From positions 68,572,001 to 68,636,000 of the forward strand of contig NC_042998.1 in the NCBI RefSeq assembly GCF_006345805.1: DNA of 64,000 nucleotides, read 5' to 3'. A program made the position numbers and the translations under genes. Shown here in pieces: positions 1 to 11,930 of this stretch. How positions within the stretch are numbered: position 1 is the first letter of the stretch; each line of letters starts with the position of its first letter. The notes beneath the pieces were generated by a model. That model was not told the origin of the DNA. It searched no databases and worked only from the letters and a program-made list of their open reading frames with translations. This stretch comes from Octopus sinensis. Lineage: Eukaryota.

Positions 1-205
1 AACACAGAGGGAACAAACAAGGACAGACATAGGTATTAAGTCGATTACATCGACCCCAGTGCGTAACTGGTACTTAATTTATCGACCCCGAAAGGATGAA
101 AGGCAAAGTCGACCTCGGCGGAATTTGAACTCACAACGTAACGCAGACGAAATACCGCTAAGCATTTCGCCCGGCGTGCTAACGTTTCTACCAGCTCGCC
201 GCCTT
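1..205 (-). mobile_element. tRNA-derived SINE, family A (Nin-like core), Tx1-type tail; cut by window edge
   Basis: Minus strand reads ggcggcgagctggtagaaacgttagc...gagttcaaattcc (A/B-box-like head), then core gcctttcatcctttcggggtcgataaattaagtacc, then tail ...ttgttccctctgtgtt. Confidence 0.9.
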
Positions 206-209
206 TTCT

Positions 210-573
210 TACTTAATTTATCGACCCCGAAAGGATGAAAGGCAAAGTCGACCTCGGCGGAATTTGAACTCACAACGAAACCCGACGAAATACCTATTTC
301 TTTATTACCCACAAGGGGCTAAACACAGAGGGGACAAACAAGGACAGACATAGGTATTAAGTCGATTTCATCGACCCCAGTGCGGAACTGGTACTTTTTT
401 AATTTATCGACCCCGAAAGGATGAAAGGCAAAGTCGGCCTCGGCGGAATTTGAACTCAGAACATAGCGGCAAACGAAATATCTATTTCTTTATTACCCAC
501 AAGGGGTTAAACACAGAGACGAAATACGGCTACGCATTTAGCCCGGCGTACTAACGATTCTGCCAGCTCGCCA
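210..573 (-). mobile_element. Nested/composite SINE-A copies
   Basis: Head 572-518, 37-nt tail fragment 517-481, body plus tail 480-296, second body fragment 295-210. Both tail ends are joined to tatttcgt. Confidence 0.85.
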
Positions 574-1374
574 ACACTGAAAAGGCATAGTCTGAGAGCG
601 TGGACTTCAGTCGGTCACGTTACCTCCTGGGTCCAGGAAGATAGCCTGTTTTACGTGATCCAGACCTTTATGAAATTATACAACTACTCTGCCTCTCCAT
701 CTCTGTCGACTTGGAGTTACATATACCTTGTAGCTGTTGACGATGGGCGCGGATGCTCATGACTTGGAAATTCTGGTCACGTTGATGGCTACCACATCAA
801 TATCTGGTAACCAGATATTACTTCCAAGTGAGCTTACTTCCAGTGAGCTTACTTCCAAGGCGACGGTAGCCCACATGCATTCACATTGACTATTCTGAAT
901 AAATCTACATTTACATGAAAGGGGCAAAGTGAGAGTTAGTTGTGGGTGTTTCTACTAGGAAATTCTTTTGTTTACGGTTCCTCGCAAATCTTCCATTTCG
1001 TTGGGTTTTTAGTTTTTACTTTGTTGTAATTTCTTGCATTGATGTTTTAGCATTTGTGAGTTTGTTGACTTGTAATTTTTTTTGACATGATGAAGTCAAC
1101 ATTGGCAATGTATATAGATGGGATTCATTAATTGTTTTGTTACTTGTGCTTACTTTGCGTGGGAGTTGTGTTGGTGTAGCTTTGAATTATGTTGCGTTTA
1201 TCCTTGTAATATTGGTGGTATGTGATGGTAGTAGTGGTGGTGATGGCAGACGTGGTGGCGGTGGTGATGATGATGATGTTGATAGTATTAGTGTTGTTGC
1301 TGGAATGGGTGTTGGGGGTAGCGTTGTTTAAATGCATCTCAATCGTTCGATCGAATTTCCCGGGTTTTCGTTAT

Positions 1375-1885
1375 CTTTTATTTGTTTCAGTCATTAGACT
1401 GTGGCCATGTTGGGGCAGCGGTATGAAGAATTTGTATTAGAATGAATCGACCCCTGTACTTATTTTGTTTTTATTAAAACCTGGTACTTATTCTATCAGT
1501 GTCTTTTGCCGAACCGCTAAGTTAAGGAAAGTAAACAAACCAGCACCGAGTGTCAAGCGTTAGTGGGGGACAGGCACAGACACAAAGACACACACACAAA
1601 CAAACATACACACACACACACACACACACACCACACACACACACATATATATATATATACACATATATATATATACGTACATACATACAAACATATATAT
1701 ATATGTACATACATATACACTCACACGCACACACACATACAACGGGATTCTTTCAGTTTCTGTATACCAAATCCACTCGCAAGGCTTTGATCGTAATGAG
1801 GGTATAGAAGAAGACACTTGCCAAGGGTGCCATGCTGTCGGACTGAACCTGGAACAACGCAGTCGGGAAGTAAGTTTCTTATCAC
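1375..1885 (-). mobile_element. tRNA-derived SINE, family B (CORE-like, internal microsatellite)
   Basis: Head ...gggactgaacc/ttgcccaagg-like, internal (TA)n/(CA)n, 3' half ccgaaccgctaag...cagtcattagactgtggccatg. Confidence 0.85.
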
Positions 1886-2199
1886 TTTTTTTTATTGAAT
1901 GTTGAAACTCGAAACAAATAGACCAATAAATATAATGGCGTATGAAATTTCGGTCAAAACTCTTCAGATACAAAAAAATTGCAGGCTGCCACGGGCGTCT
2001 TTTTCAATTCAATCTTTACATCAGAGGTTCTCAACCGGGGCCTATATGACCCTTTAAGAGTCCATACAAGATTTTGCTGGTAAAATTTTTGAGGAATAAA
2101 TTGGTTTTGCTTCTACAATACACATAATGGTTTAACAATTTTTTGTATACAATTCCTAAAAAATTTAGTTATAAAACTATAATAAAGATTTTTAAGTAT

Positions 2200-2365
2200 C
2201 GGCGCAGGTGTGGCTGTGTGGTAAGAAGCTTGCTTCCCAACCACATGGTTCTGGATTCAGTCCCACAGCATAGCAACTTGTGTAAGTATCTTCTACTATA
2301 GCTTCGGGCCGACCAAAGCCTTGTGAGTGGATTTGATAGACGGAAACTGAAAGAAACCTGTCGTA
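2200..2365 (+). mobile_element. SINE-B 5' half
   Basis: ggcgcaggtgtggctgtgtggtaag...ggattcagtccc...gacggaaactgaaagaa, ending in (TA)n. Confidence 0.9.
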
Positions 2366-2432
2366 TATATATATATTTCGCTAACTCCACAAGTCTTTTT
2401 TATTCTTTCTTTCTGTTTATTTCCTCGAGTTC

Positions 2433-2468
2433 CTTTCTGTTGAAGAGCGTAGGCTCGAAACGTAAAAG
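2433..2468 (+). ncRNA. Minimal type-I hammerhead-like motif (CUGUUGA variant), Penelope-type
   Basis: cttt-CTGTTGA-a-GAGC-gtag-GCTC-GAAA-cgTA-aaag: 4-bp stem I, 4-bp stem II, palindromic ACGT helix III. Confidence 0.5.
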
Positions 2469-2514
2469 ACTTTCTCACCTCTCCGAGCGTCAAACTAATA
2501 CACCTGCTATATAT

Positions 2515-2548
<34 letters not shown>

Positions 2549-2591
2549 ATATATATATATATACACACACATATATACATACATACATACA

Positions 2592-2623
<32 letters not shown>

Positions 2624-2989
2624 CAACACTTATTTTAGTGCTTTTGACACCGCCCGATTGAATGGTGCTGCCCAGGTGGCGAAACCATAATGATATCCGT
2701 GGGGCAGCTGGTGATGGAGGCATGTTGGTTTGTTGGTATGGCTGTGGAATAGTATTATAACACATCCTTTTGATATATATATATATTTATATGGAAAAAA
2801 GTCAAGGTAGAAAATGTTAAAATAATTTTATTAAAAACATTTCAGTACAATTAAATTTTGGAAAAATTAAATGAAAAGTATTTTAAAAGAATATTTTCAT
2901 AGTATTCAAATACAAGGGGCATTTTCCTTGTTTCTGCCTGTCACTGTTTCTCTTGTTTACTCTTGTTAATTTGTTTCCGGAGACCGCTC

Positions 2990-3490
2990 GTAAAGTAGAG
3001 CAATAATGTCCCATAGTAACAATGTTATAAATCGTAATTCGTTCCCAGAAAAATATTTTACCTGTAAAATTTATGATACTCGTAAATAAATGGCAATAAA
3101 ACAACAGTAGAATGTAAAGAATATTTTACGTTAATTATAAAGAATGTCAAGATTATTTATATTAAATATATTACTATTATTATCGTTTTCTGATTCACCT
3201 TCATTTGCAGTTGACTCGCGCACACCATCAGTTGTAGACGCGATCGCCTATTCACATGCACTCGTAGACAGACGTGTAGATTCCTTTAAAAAAAAACAAG
3301 TCTAGAGCTGTTTGCCTAGAAGAAGCTTTTTTTGCTCTATAAATTTCTCGGTAACACGCAAAAGAATTTGTTAGGATGGTAGAAACTTTTGCACTTCATT
3401 CAAAAAATTTCGATCTTCGGCTTGAAAAATAAAATTCGTAAACCTGGGGTCTCGTAAAGCGAGTCATCGTAAACTGAGGTATTATTGAAT
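2990..3490. mobile_element. Degenerate Tigger/pogo-like DNA element remnant
   Basis: Right-end-like ctcgtaaagcgagtcatcgtaaactgaggtattattg and internal cccatagtaacaatg. The left TIR was not found. Confidence 0.3.
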
Positions 3491-3529
3491 GTATATATAC
3501 ATATATGTATGTATATATCTGTGTATGTG

Positions 3530-3765
3530 TCTTTGCGCCTGTGTTTGCCCTTCCTCACCCCATCACCACTTGACAACCGGTGTTGGTGTGTTTACGTCTT
3601 CGTAACTTAGTGTTTCGGCAAAAGAAACCGATGGAATATATACTAAGCTTAAGAAATAAGTCTTGAGATCTATTTGTCCAACTAAAACCCTTCAAGGCAG
3701 TGCTCCAGCATGGCTGCAGTCAAATGACTGAGACAAGTAAAAGAATAAAAGAATAAAAAAGAATC
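3530..3765 (+). mobile_element. SINE-B 3' half
   Basis: ttgacaaccggtgttggtgtgtttacgtc...gtgctccagcatggctgcagtcaaatgactgagacaag plus taaaagaa tail repeats. Confidence 0.85.
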
Positions 3766-3934
3766 CAGTAGCTATGAGGATCCACCTGAGCAAATTTGGA
3801 GTTTAGGGGCCCATAGAAAAAAAAATGACTAAAAAACACTGATTTGCACGCTACTATTTACAGCTATATTGCTTCGAGATCCAACTTTCCAAGAAAGAAT
3901 CATTTCTTATCCTCTCGATGTTTATTAATTCTTA

Positions 3935-4545
3935 CTCTTGTACTTGTTTCAGTCATTTAACTGCGGCCATGTACTTATTGTATCAGTTTCTTTTGCCGAA
4001 CCGCTATGTTACGGGGACGTAAACACACCAGCATCGGTTGTCAAGCGATGGTGGGGCAGAAATACAGACTCATAAACATATATAAACATTATCACTATGG
4101 ACTCCGTGTGGGCAGTCATCTAAAAGTTTTTGTTCGTCATGATGCTGACATAAGTTCCTTGTCTTTCCTGATGAGAAGGCGACATAATGCACCCTTTATT
4201 CCTTCGGAATTAGGAATATGCAGTCTTCGAAACATATGTCGAGAATAAAGAAATTTTGTTAAATCGTCGTTCAACTCCATTCTTTCATTTATATATATAT
4301 ATACACACACACATATATATACATAAATATATATACATATATATATATACATACATACATAGATACATACATATATATATATATGACGAGCTTCTTTCAG
4401 TTTCCGTCCACTAAATCCACTCACAAGGCTTTGGTTACCCCGAGGTTACAGTAGAAGACACTTGCCCAACGTGCCTTGCAATGGGACTGAACACAGAACA
4501 ATGTGGTTGGGAAGCAAGCTTCTTACCACACAACCTCGCCAGCGA
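3935..4545 (-). mobile_element. SINE-B, interrupted
   Basis: 3' half at 3935-4085 and head at 4385-4545, separated by unique sequence and (TA)n. Confidence 0.8.
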
Positions 4546-4569
4546 CTATTATGTAATTTTTTTTTATTC

Positions 4570-5500
4570 TTGCTATTGAGCACTTTTCCATCCAGCTCCT
4601 TCTTCGATCCCTTCACCACGTAGCATCTCTGACTGGCCCGAAGAAGGAGAAAACGTTTTCGAGGTGCGGCTATATTTCTGTTCTGTTTTTCTTTTGGTTT
4701 TTGTTTTGGGGCTAAATGATACTGTTGTTGTCACTGGTGATGGTAATGTCGTAGCACTTGAAGGCAGTATTTCCTCTGTTGCTTTTGTTGTTCATGCTTC
4801 CACTGTTGGTGTCGTTGTTGTTGCCGTCGTAGGTGCTTCTTCTGGGGCTGCAACCTCTGTTACTGCGATTGCGTACCGCTGCTGTTGCTGCTGCGATTGT
4901 TGGCACTTTGGATGCGATGCTGGTTCCAGTCGAGACCATTTTTCAGCTGTCACTTTTGTTGTTGAGATCAGAGGACCTTGAAGTAATCAATGTTCCACAG
5001 TTATGGCATTTAGGCCTTCTACTCTCCACTACCGCTTGCAGTCGCTGCTCCTCAGGAATCCCTGTTAGAGCCGGGACTGAACCCGGAACAGTATGACTGG
5101 GAAGTAAGCTTCTTACCACACAGCTACACCTACGCCTGGTATGTTTGCAATGTTTAACCTGATTGCTTTCGGTCCCAGTTAAATTGGATTCTTCACTTCT
5201 ATGCGGAATGGAGGAATGCATCTGAGCCAGGATGTCCGAGTGAAAGTTCGCTCGGATACAATCCTAATGGCTGATACTTGTAACAAAACCTATGTATTCT
5301 TAAATGATTTTTCAAGCTCGTTTCAGCTTGCTCGGGAGACTCGCATCAGTCTATGCCCCATCGTCGAGATCCATCTATATACCAACGTTCTATTTATTTG
5401 CTTCAGGATCTGCGGTAAATACAGTGAGTGTGATATTTCTACCGAGAATGTTTATGTGTCGCCCAACTTGTTCCCAATATCTAGGTACTGATGCTTTTTA
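4570..5500 (-). pseudogene. Possible non-LTR ORF1 (gag-like) remnant
   Basis: Minus-strand VVESRRPKCHNCG (knuckle start) followed by a T/P-rich low-complexity frame with a stop; interrupted by a SINE-B head at ~5070-5136. Confidence 0.35.
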
Positions 5501-6281
5501 TCAAATAAGACCGAGGCAATGGTTTATGCAATAACAGCAAATGTGTGCCGCTTTACCGTGATTCCACTGTTGCTTTTGCTCTTTCCGTTGTTCTTGTTGA
5601 TGTTGCAGCTGCTATTGCTCGTTATTGGAGTGGATGGCAGTTTGTTGCTATCGAGACGGTAGCGATAGAAATGAACTTTCTTCAGTTGGTGATTTTGTGG
5701 GTATCGGCGGCGGTTTTACTGCAACTATCCGCTACTCTGTCTGACACATCGTTGCTCCTGTTGTTGTTGTTGTTGTTGCTACAGCAGAGGTTGTTGCAAC
5801 TGTTACCATTATTGTCGATGTTACTGATGCTGCTGTTATTGTTGCTGGTCATTACTAGTACAGTATAGCTCAGTTGTGGAAGGTGTTGACCGCGAACGAC
5901 AGTTTCACGTTCAAAGTCCATCACCCCAACGCCATCTATCTCCCTTGCTGCCCGAATGACAGAAACAGAAGTGTCGATAACCAACTTGGAAATTTCTATT
6001 CAAATTTTGTTTCGTGAGGCGACTGAGGAAAGGAAACCCACTAATCCCTTGCAATCCTGGTCGGCTTAACAACAAGATAATGTAATGAAATAAACAAACA
6101 CAAAACTCTAAAAATGAAACCAGGACACAAATTTACGCAGCTTCTAAAGCACATTCAACAATCAGAGTATATAACAACAGCAACAACAACAACAACAGCA
6201 ACAACGACAACAACAATAACAACAGTTGCTAACATAATCAAGACCAGAGAGTTGGATGGATGGATGGATGGATGGTAATAT

Positions 6282-6336
<55 letters not shown>

Positions 6337-6569
6337 GGTGGTGGTGGTAGTGGTGGTGATGGTGGTGAAAGTGGTTGTCGTAGTGATGGTGGTGGTGGTA
6401 TGGTGGTGGTGGTGGTGGCAATGGCGATGATGATGATGATGATGATGGTGGTGGTGATGATGATGGTGATAATGATGACGACGACGACGTCGGCGTTCTT
6501 CTTTTACATTATAATAACAAGGGCGACGATGCCACTAGCGATAATAACGTCGCCTTGCGTTATAGTGCC

Positions 6570-7000
6570 GGAACAGTGAATTTGATGAAAGGCGAAATAA
6601 TTGCTTCGGAGAGAAAAATAAGAAATTATTCATGGAACATTTCATCCGAAGTTATGTGCTAGAAATGTATACATGAAATGGAAGATTGGAAGGAGAAAGT
6701 GTATTAGCAGTTCTGATTGTGCGGATAAAGAACAAAGGTCGGTAAACCTCTAAGTTGCCAAAAATGAAGAAGGATCTACTTCCGCGGAACTTGAAAAGAA
6801 ACCGTACCAAAGCGGAATAATAGTAAAAGAATGGAAATACTAGAAGAACTGCGGTTACATAGACAGTTCGATAGAGACACCGATAATGGGAAAAATTATG
6901 AATCATTGTGGGAATGGTCCGGAATAGAGATTTAAGGAGAATAACGGATGGGTTTGTTGGTAGTTTATCAAGATCGTGTAATAAATACTAATTCAATAAA
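6570..7000 (+). pseudogene. Possible CR1/L2-type LINE 3' remnant (highly decayed)
   Basis: MEILEELRLHRQ... loosely resembles the post-RT LEERRLRxDLIETYKI motif; many stops. Confidence 0.3.
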
Positions 7001-7673
7001 TAAAAATATTTGTTGTGCCGCCTAAACGAATAAATCCTGTTAGTGGAATAAGAGATAGGAAAATATGCAACAAGGAATTTTGTCAGTGAACATGTCGCGG
7101 TCTAAAGCGACGAAAATATTTTGGCAAATTAAATTTAAATGTTGATGTGAATCTAACGGTTTTTGTGTGTTTCTTAAATGGCTTATAAACACCTTCCACG
7201 CTGCAATTGTTTTCGTTCCAGCACACGATCAGGTTACTTGCTATGCAAGTACATCTCCGTAAAAATATTTATTGTATTCTAACAAGTTGTCAATTTAGGT
7301 GTAGAAACAACGCTAGCAACGATAGCTTGGTAAAGTGCCTCTCAATTTACACGGGAAACAAGGTAAACTTTTCAAGGTGTTTTATTTATATAAAGAATGA
7401 ACCACAGTTCAATTAAAGGAAACAGAAAAATTAAATAGACAGAAGTAACAAAAGGTGGGGAGGGAGAGAGGGAGTACACCCTAGATTAAATGGCGTGTCC
7501 AGCCGCGTCCTGCCGACATGACAGTGATGGCGTTGCCGCGGAGAATGGCCAGCGACAATGGCTGCAACAGCCACCCTCACCTCGCGGGTTTCATTATGGA
7601 TCCACTTCAAACAAGTTAAGCAGTCCTGTATAAGAAAAAGCTCTAAGTGAACCTGGTACAACAAAGCCAGAAA

Positions 7674-7890
7674 AATTTCTTTTCTACTCTAGGCACAAGG
7701 CCCGAAATTTTGGGGGAGGGGCAGTCGATTAGATCGATACCAGTACGTAACTGGTACTTAATTCATCGACCCTGAAGGATGAAAGGCAAAGTCGACCTCG
7801 ACGTAAATTGAACTCAGAACGTAAAGACAAACGAAGTACCGCTAAGTACTTCACCCGGCGTACTAACGATTCTGCCAGCTCGCCGCCCTT
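7674..7890 (-). mobile_element. SINE-A, alternative tail
   Basis: Same head and core as 1-205, but the tail reads aaaatttcgggccttgtgcctagagtagaaaag. Confidence 0.9.
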
Positions 7891-8189
7891 AAAAGGAAAC
7901 TATTAGCAATGTGGGACGCCCAGGGACAAAAGTGAAAGTCGTACGAGTGATGATCGAAGTATAAAGTTCAATTGCAAAAACAAAAAGCTATTGTACCACC
8001 AAGAACTTTTCGACCTCGAAACAGAGATGCGATTGCTCTCAAAACCTCGTCCTCCTGGTATACGTCATACTCTCAGAAAGCTAATTTCTGTCTCCGATCT
8101 TTTCTCATGACTTGACAGTTACTCTGAAGGAGAAGAAGAGAAAAAGAAAACAGTTTGCTACATCTATGTGTGCGAAGGATTTTGATTAG

Positions 8190-8381
8190 TTGGCACGCCG
8201 GACGAAATCCTTAGCGGCATTTTCTTCATCGTTACGATCTGAGTTCAAATTCCGCTGAGGTCGACTTTGCCTTTTATTCTTTCGGGGTTGATAAATTAGG
8301 TAACAATGAAACACTGGAGTCGATGTAATCGACTCGTCTCCACCACACACAAACGGCTGCCCTTGCTGCAAAATTTGAAAC

Positions 8382-8385
<4 letters not shown>
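8190..8385 (+). mobile_element. SINE-A, 5'-clipped, ending in (ATT)n
   Basis: gagttcaaattccgctgaggtcgactttgcc...aaaatttgaaacc followed by (att)n. Confidence 0.85.
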
Positions 8386-8767
<382 letters not shown>

Positions 8768-9230
8768 GCCTTTGCACAGTTTCTAACGCTGGAGATGTAC
8801 TACGGTGTCAGCTGTTCACTACCAGTGAACTAAGGTAACACCTTTTATTTTTCGATCACCTTCCGGAGTATTCAAGCGCTTCCAAACAGTACTTTTTTCT
8901 GCAAGTGCTCCACCTTTATTGCAGCCCTTATTTGTTCCATGTATTTCTCGAGATTTTTGCTTACAGTTCCCAGGGCTCCAACAATTAATGGTACTACTGC
9001 TACCTTTTTCATCGACCACAAATGCTTAACTTCCCAAGCTAACCTGTCATATCTCTTGACATTCTTTCTTCCTTATCTCATATGTTGTTATCAGCTGGGC
9101 ATGCTATGTCTATGATCCAGCATAATTTTTCTTTCTCAATTAAGACTATGTCCAGCTTCCTATTCTCTATCTCATGGTTGCACTGAATCATAAAATCCCA
9201 TAGGATCTTTGATTTTCTCTATTCGACGAT
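8768..9230 (-). mobile_element. R4/Dong-clade LINE 3' fragment (RLE domain plus 3'UTR)
   Basis: Minus-strand ILWDFMIQCNHEIENRKLDIVLIEKE...VVPLIVGALGTVSKNLEKYM; both ends abut (TAA)n. Confidence 0.85.
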
Positions 9231-9244
9231 AATATTATTATTAT

Positions 9245-9809
9245 TGAGTGAGAGTGCAGCGCATGCGATCAAAGTGACACTGTGTTACAAATATACGAAG
9301 CCTAATATACCCATCATGACTACCCGTCTGATAAAGGTACACCAGGTACATGCATCACAACCATATGTGCGTGTCATGGTGATCTCATATCAAGATAAAC
9401 AGCACATGACCTTGGAGGTGGGGCCCAGTTAGAATTTTCTTCAGATCGAGGACCCCATCCTACTCAAAAGGTCCCTGAATAAAGGTTGTTTAAGGATGTT
9501 GAATGAATGAAACACTTGTTTCTAAAGGTGAATTATTCAAACCCCCAAAGAATTCCTCTCAACACATGGTTATGATGCCCCCCCCCCAATACTTCTGCTC
9601 GTGATCAGAGATGCACATATCGTCAGCCACTAAGGGAATTGCTCAACTGGTTAAGGTCAAACAACTGACAAGCAAATCTGTGGTATTGAGCAGAATATTT
9701 GCTGTCGCCCATCTTTTATACCAAGACAAAACAATGGTACATGGTAACACTTCCAATCAGTTAAGATCAAAAGGCATGAGCGCTACTGCCTGGTACTGCA
9801 TCAGGGCAT
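9245..9809 (-). mobile_element. Element E: ~560-nt non-coding repeat in (TAA)n, full length
   Basis: Plus strand tgagtgagag...tactgcatcagggcat, homologous to five other copies; TTA repeats on both sides. Confidence 0.9.
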
Positions 9810-9810
9810 A

Positions 9811-9866
<56 letters not shown>

Positions 9867-9873
9867 CATTATT

Positions 9874-9908
<35 letters not shown>

Positions 9909-9927
9909 TATTATCATCATCATTAAT

Positions 9928-9965
<38 letters not shown>

Positions 9966-10009
9966 TATCATCATCATCATTATCATCATCATCTTCATCA
10001 TCATCATCG

Positions 10010-10054
<45 letters not shown>

Positions 10055-10340
10055 ACTTTATCATCTATTATAATAATACTCCTGTGTATTTCTCCGTCAC
10101 ATTTTAAATGAGGAAGGAAGGGATGATAGATGAATAAGGAAGGAATCATCATCATCATCATCATCATCGTCACCATCATCATCGTCATCATCATCATCGT
10201 CATCATTATCGTCGTCATCATCGACACCATCATCAACATCATCATCTTCTTTATCATCTACTATCATAATACTCTTGTTTATTTCTCCGTTACAACCTAT
10301 GAATGAGAAAGGAAGGGTGATAGATGAATAAGGAAGCAAG
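9810..10340. repeat. (ATT)/(ATC) microsatellites with a diverged ~95-bp direct repeat
   Basis: tttatcatcta...gatagatgaataaggaag occurs at ~10055-10143 and ~10250-10337. Confidence 0.85.
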
Positions 10341-10372
10341 GGGTGATGGCAAACTTGGTAGTGGGATTTTGG

Positions 10373-11615
10373 CAGTGGCGGATATACAATATGTTTCAGG
10401 GTCCCAATATTAGGGTTAGGGTTAGGGCTGTAAGCAATATTTGGTATTTAAGAAAGAGTTTGCTCTTTGAGAAAACTAACCAGAATCTCATCACAGTCTG
10501 ACCATTTTCAGTCTTTTTCTTCAAAAATACTTGTTTGAGAAACTTCGATTTTACTGTTTGTGAATCTTGTTGAATTCAATATATACATTATCTAGTTTTT
10601 TATCTTGAAAAAAAAAAACTGATGTCTTGCATTAAACAGTTTTATATGAAACCATTATCAATTGTTACGGGCCAGTTTGTCAGGTTACTGTATTCTTTGA
10701 AATCACTAAATTTGCTTTCTGTTTCCTGTTTCTGCTCTCTCTTTTCTCGAAGTTCTTGACCTCTGCGATCATCATCTGCACCAAAAGTGTCAACAGTAGG
10801 TTGATTATTGCTAAACAGAGCACTCATAATTTGTGCACTATCATTGACTTCACTGGTGCTTTCATGGCTTGTTTCAGTTGCAAGTGATGACAAACTTTTA
10901 CTTGACATCGTAAAATAGTTTGATAGTTTTTGACATTTAGAAATTTCATTAGATTGCTTTTCCTTGAGTTGGCGTTTCTGGTATCTGCTTAACTACTTTC
11001 TTGAAGACATTGCTATTCCTCTTGGGGCCTGGACCTCAGTGAAAAAGTAATTGGGGTAATATTTCCATTAGCCACAGCGAGAAAGAGGTCGATCAAGATA
11101 AGGGTCCACAACTTAATGTATAGTCATAAATGAAGAATTGTTCATTTTGTACAAGGTGATATTCAAACAATTTTTAAAATAGAAAAATGCAAGTCCAAAA
11201 TTAGGAGGCAACTCCTTTCATAGGTTATTAAATAATGGTGGGAAAATAAGAATTCTTGTCTCTACCGTGCTGATTTAGTAATAGACTTATTTAACAATGG
11301 GAAGGGCAGGGACGAAGTTTCCAAAATAATTCAAGTAAAGCGAATTATATGCGAGTGGTTTGTACTTTTAATTTTTATGCTACTCCACACAGACAGAAAC
11401 AGCAGGTGAACAACTCGAGGTTAGACACTGCGTGTCTTGACTCTGCGTAGGGATATGATATGACGTCCACTAAAACTGGTAACAGCAGTCTGCATGGCAA
11501 ATTACAAAAGCAAAACAAAATTGATAGAATGAAACAATTAAGTTGCTTCAGAGGGGCCCCTCCGGGATTAGGCACCCTGAAAGTTATCATTAGTTTTATG
11601 ATAGATCCGCCACTG
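10373..11615 (-). mobile_element. Internally deleted hAT transposon with N-terminal transposase remnant
   Basis: 11-bp TIRs cagtggcggat (10373) / atccgccactg (11605-11615); 8-bp TSD gattttgg / gatgttgg (7/8). Minus-strand peptides FKEYSNLTNWP and RSFSNKYF..ENGQTVMRFWLVFSKSK resemble TTF-type zinc-finger hAT transposases. Confidence 0.85.
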
Positions 11616-11692
11616 GATGTTGGAAGTTCTACGGTGAAAAAAAAATCAAACAGCGTTTCAACTCTGCGTGAGTATATGTGTGTGTTTGTGAA

Positions 11693-11740
<48 letters not shown>

Positions 11741-11930
11741 CACGTGTGTGTGCGTGCGTGCACGTGTGTGTGTGTGTGCGTGCACGTGTGTGTGTGTGTG
11801 TGTGCAATGGAAGTGGGATGATGAACATTCAACGCTGAAACGAAAAATCAAACAGCATTTTAACTCTGAGTATATGTGTGTGTGTGTATAAGAGAAGTAC
11901 GTGAATGTTTGTAGCCGTGATTATTTTGTA

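Noticed and set aside
799-819. 21-bp palindrome aatatctggt-a-accagatatt and adjacent 15-bp tandem duplication
   Set aside because: Isolated, and probably local slippage within a decayed repeat.
610-1340. Possible second ORF1-like remnant (also 5545-5990 and 19490-19790)
   Set aside because: Only faint resemblance to zinc-knuckle regions, with no alignable motif.
10410-10427. (TTAGGG)3 as an interstitial telomere
   Set aside because: Only three units, and they lie inside the hAT element.
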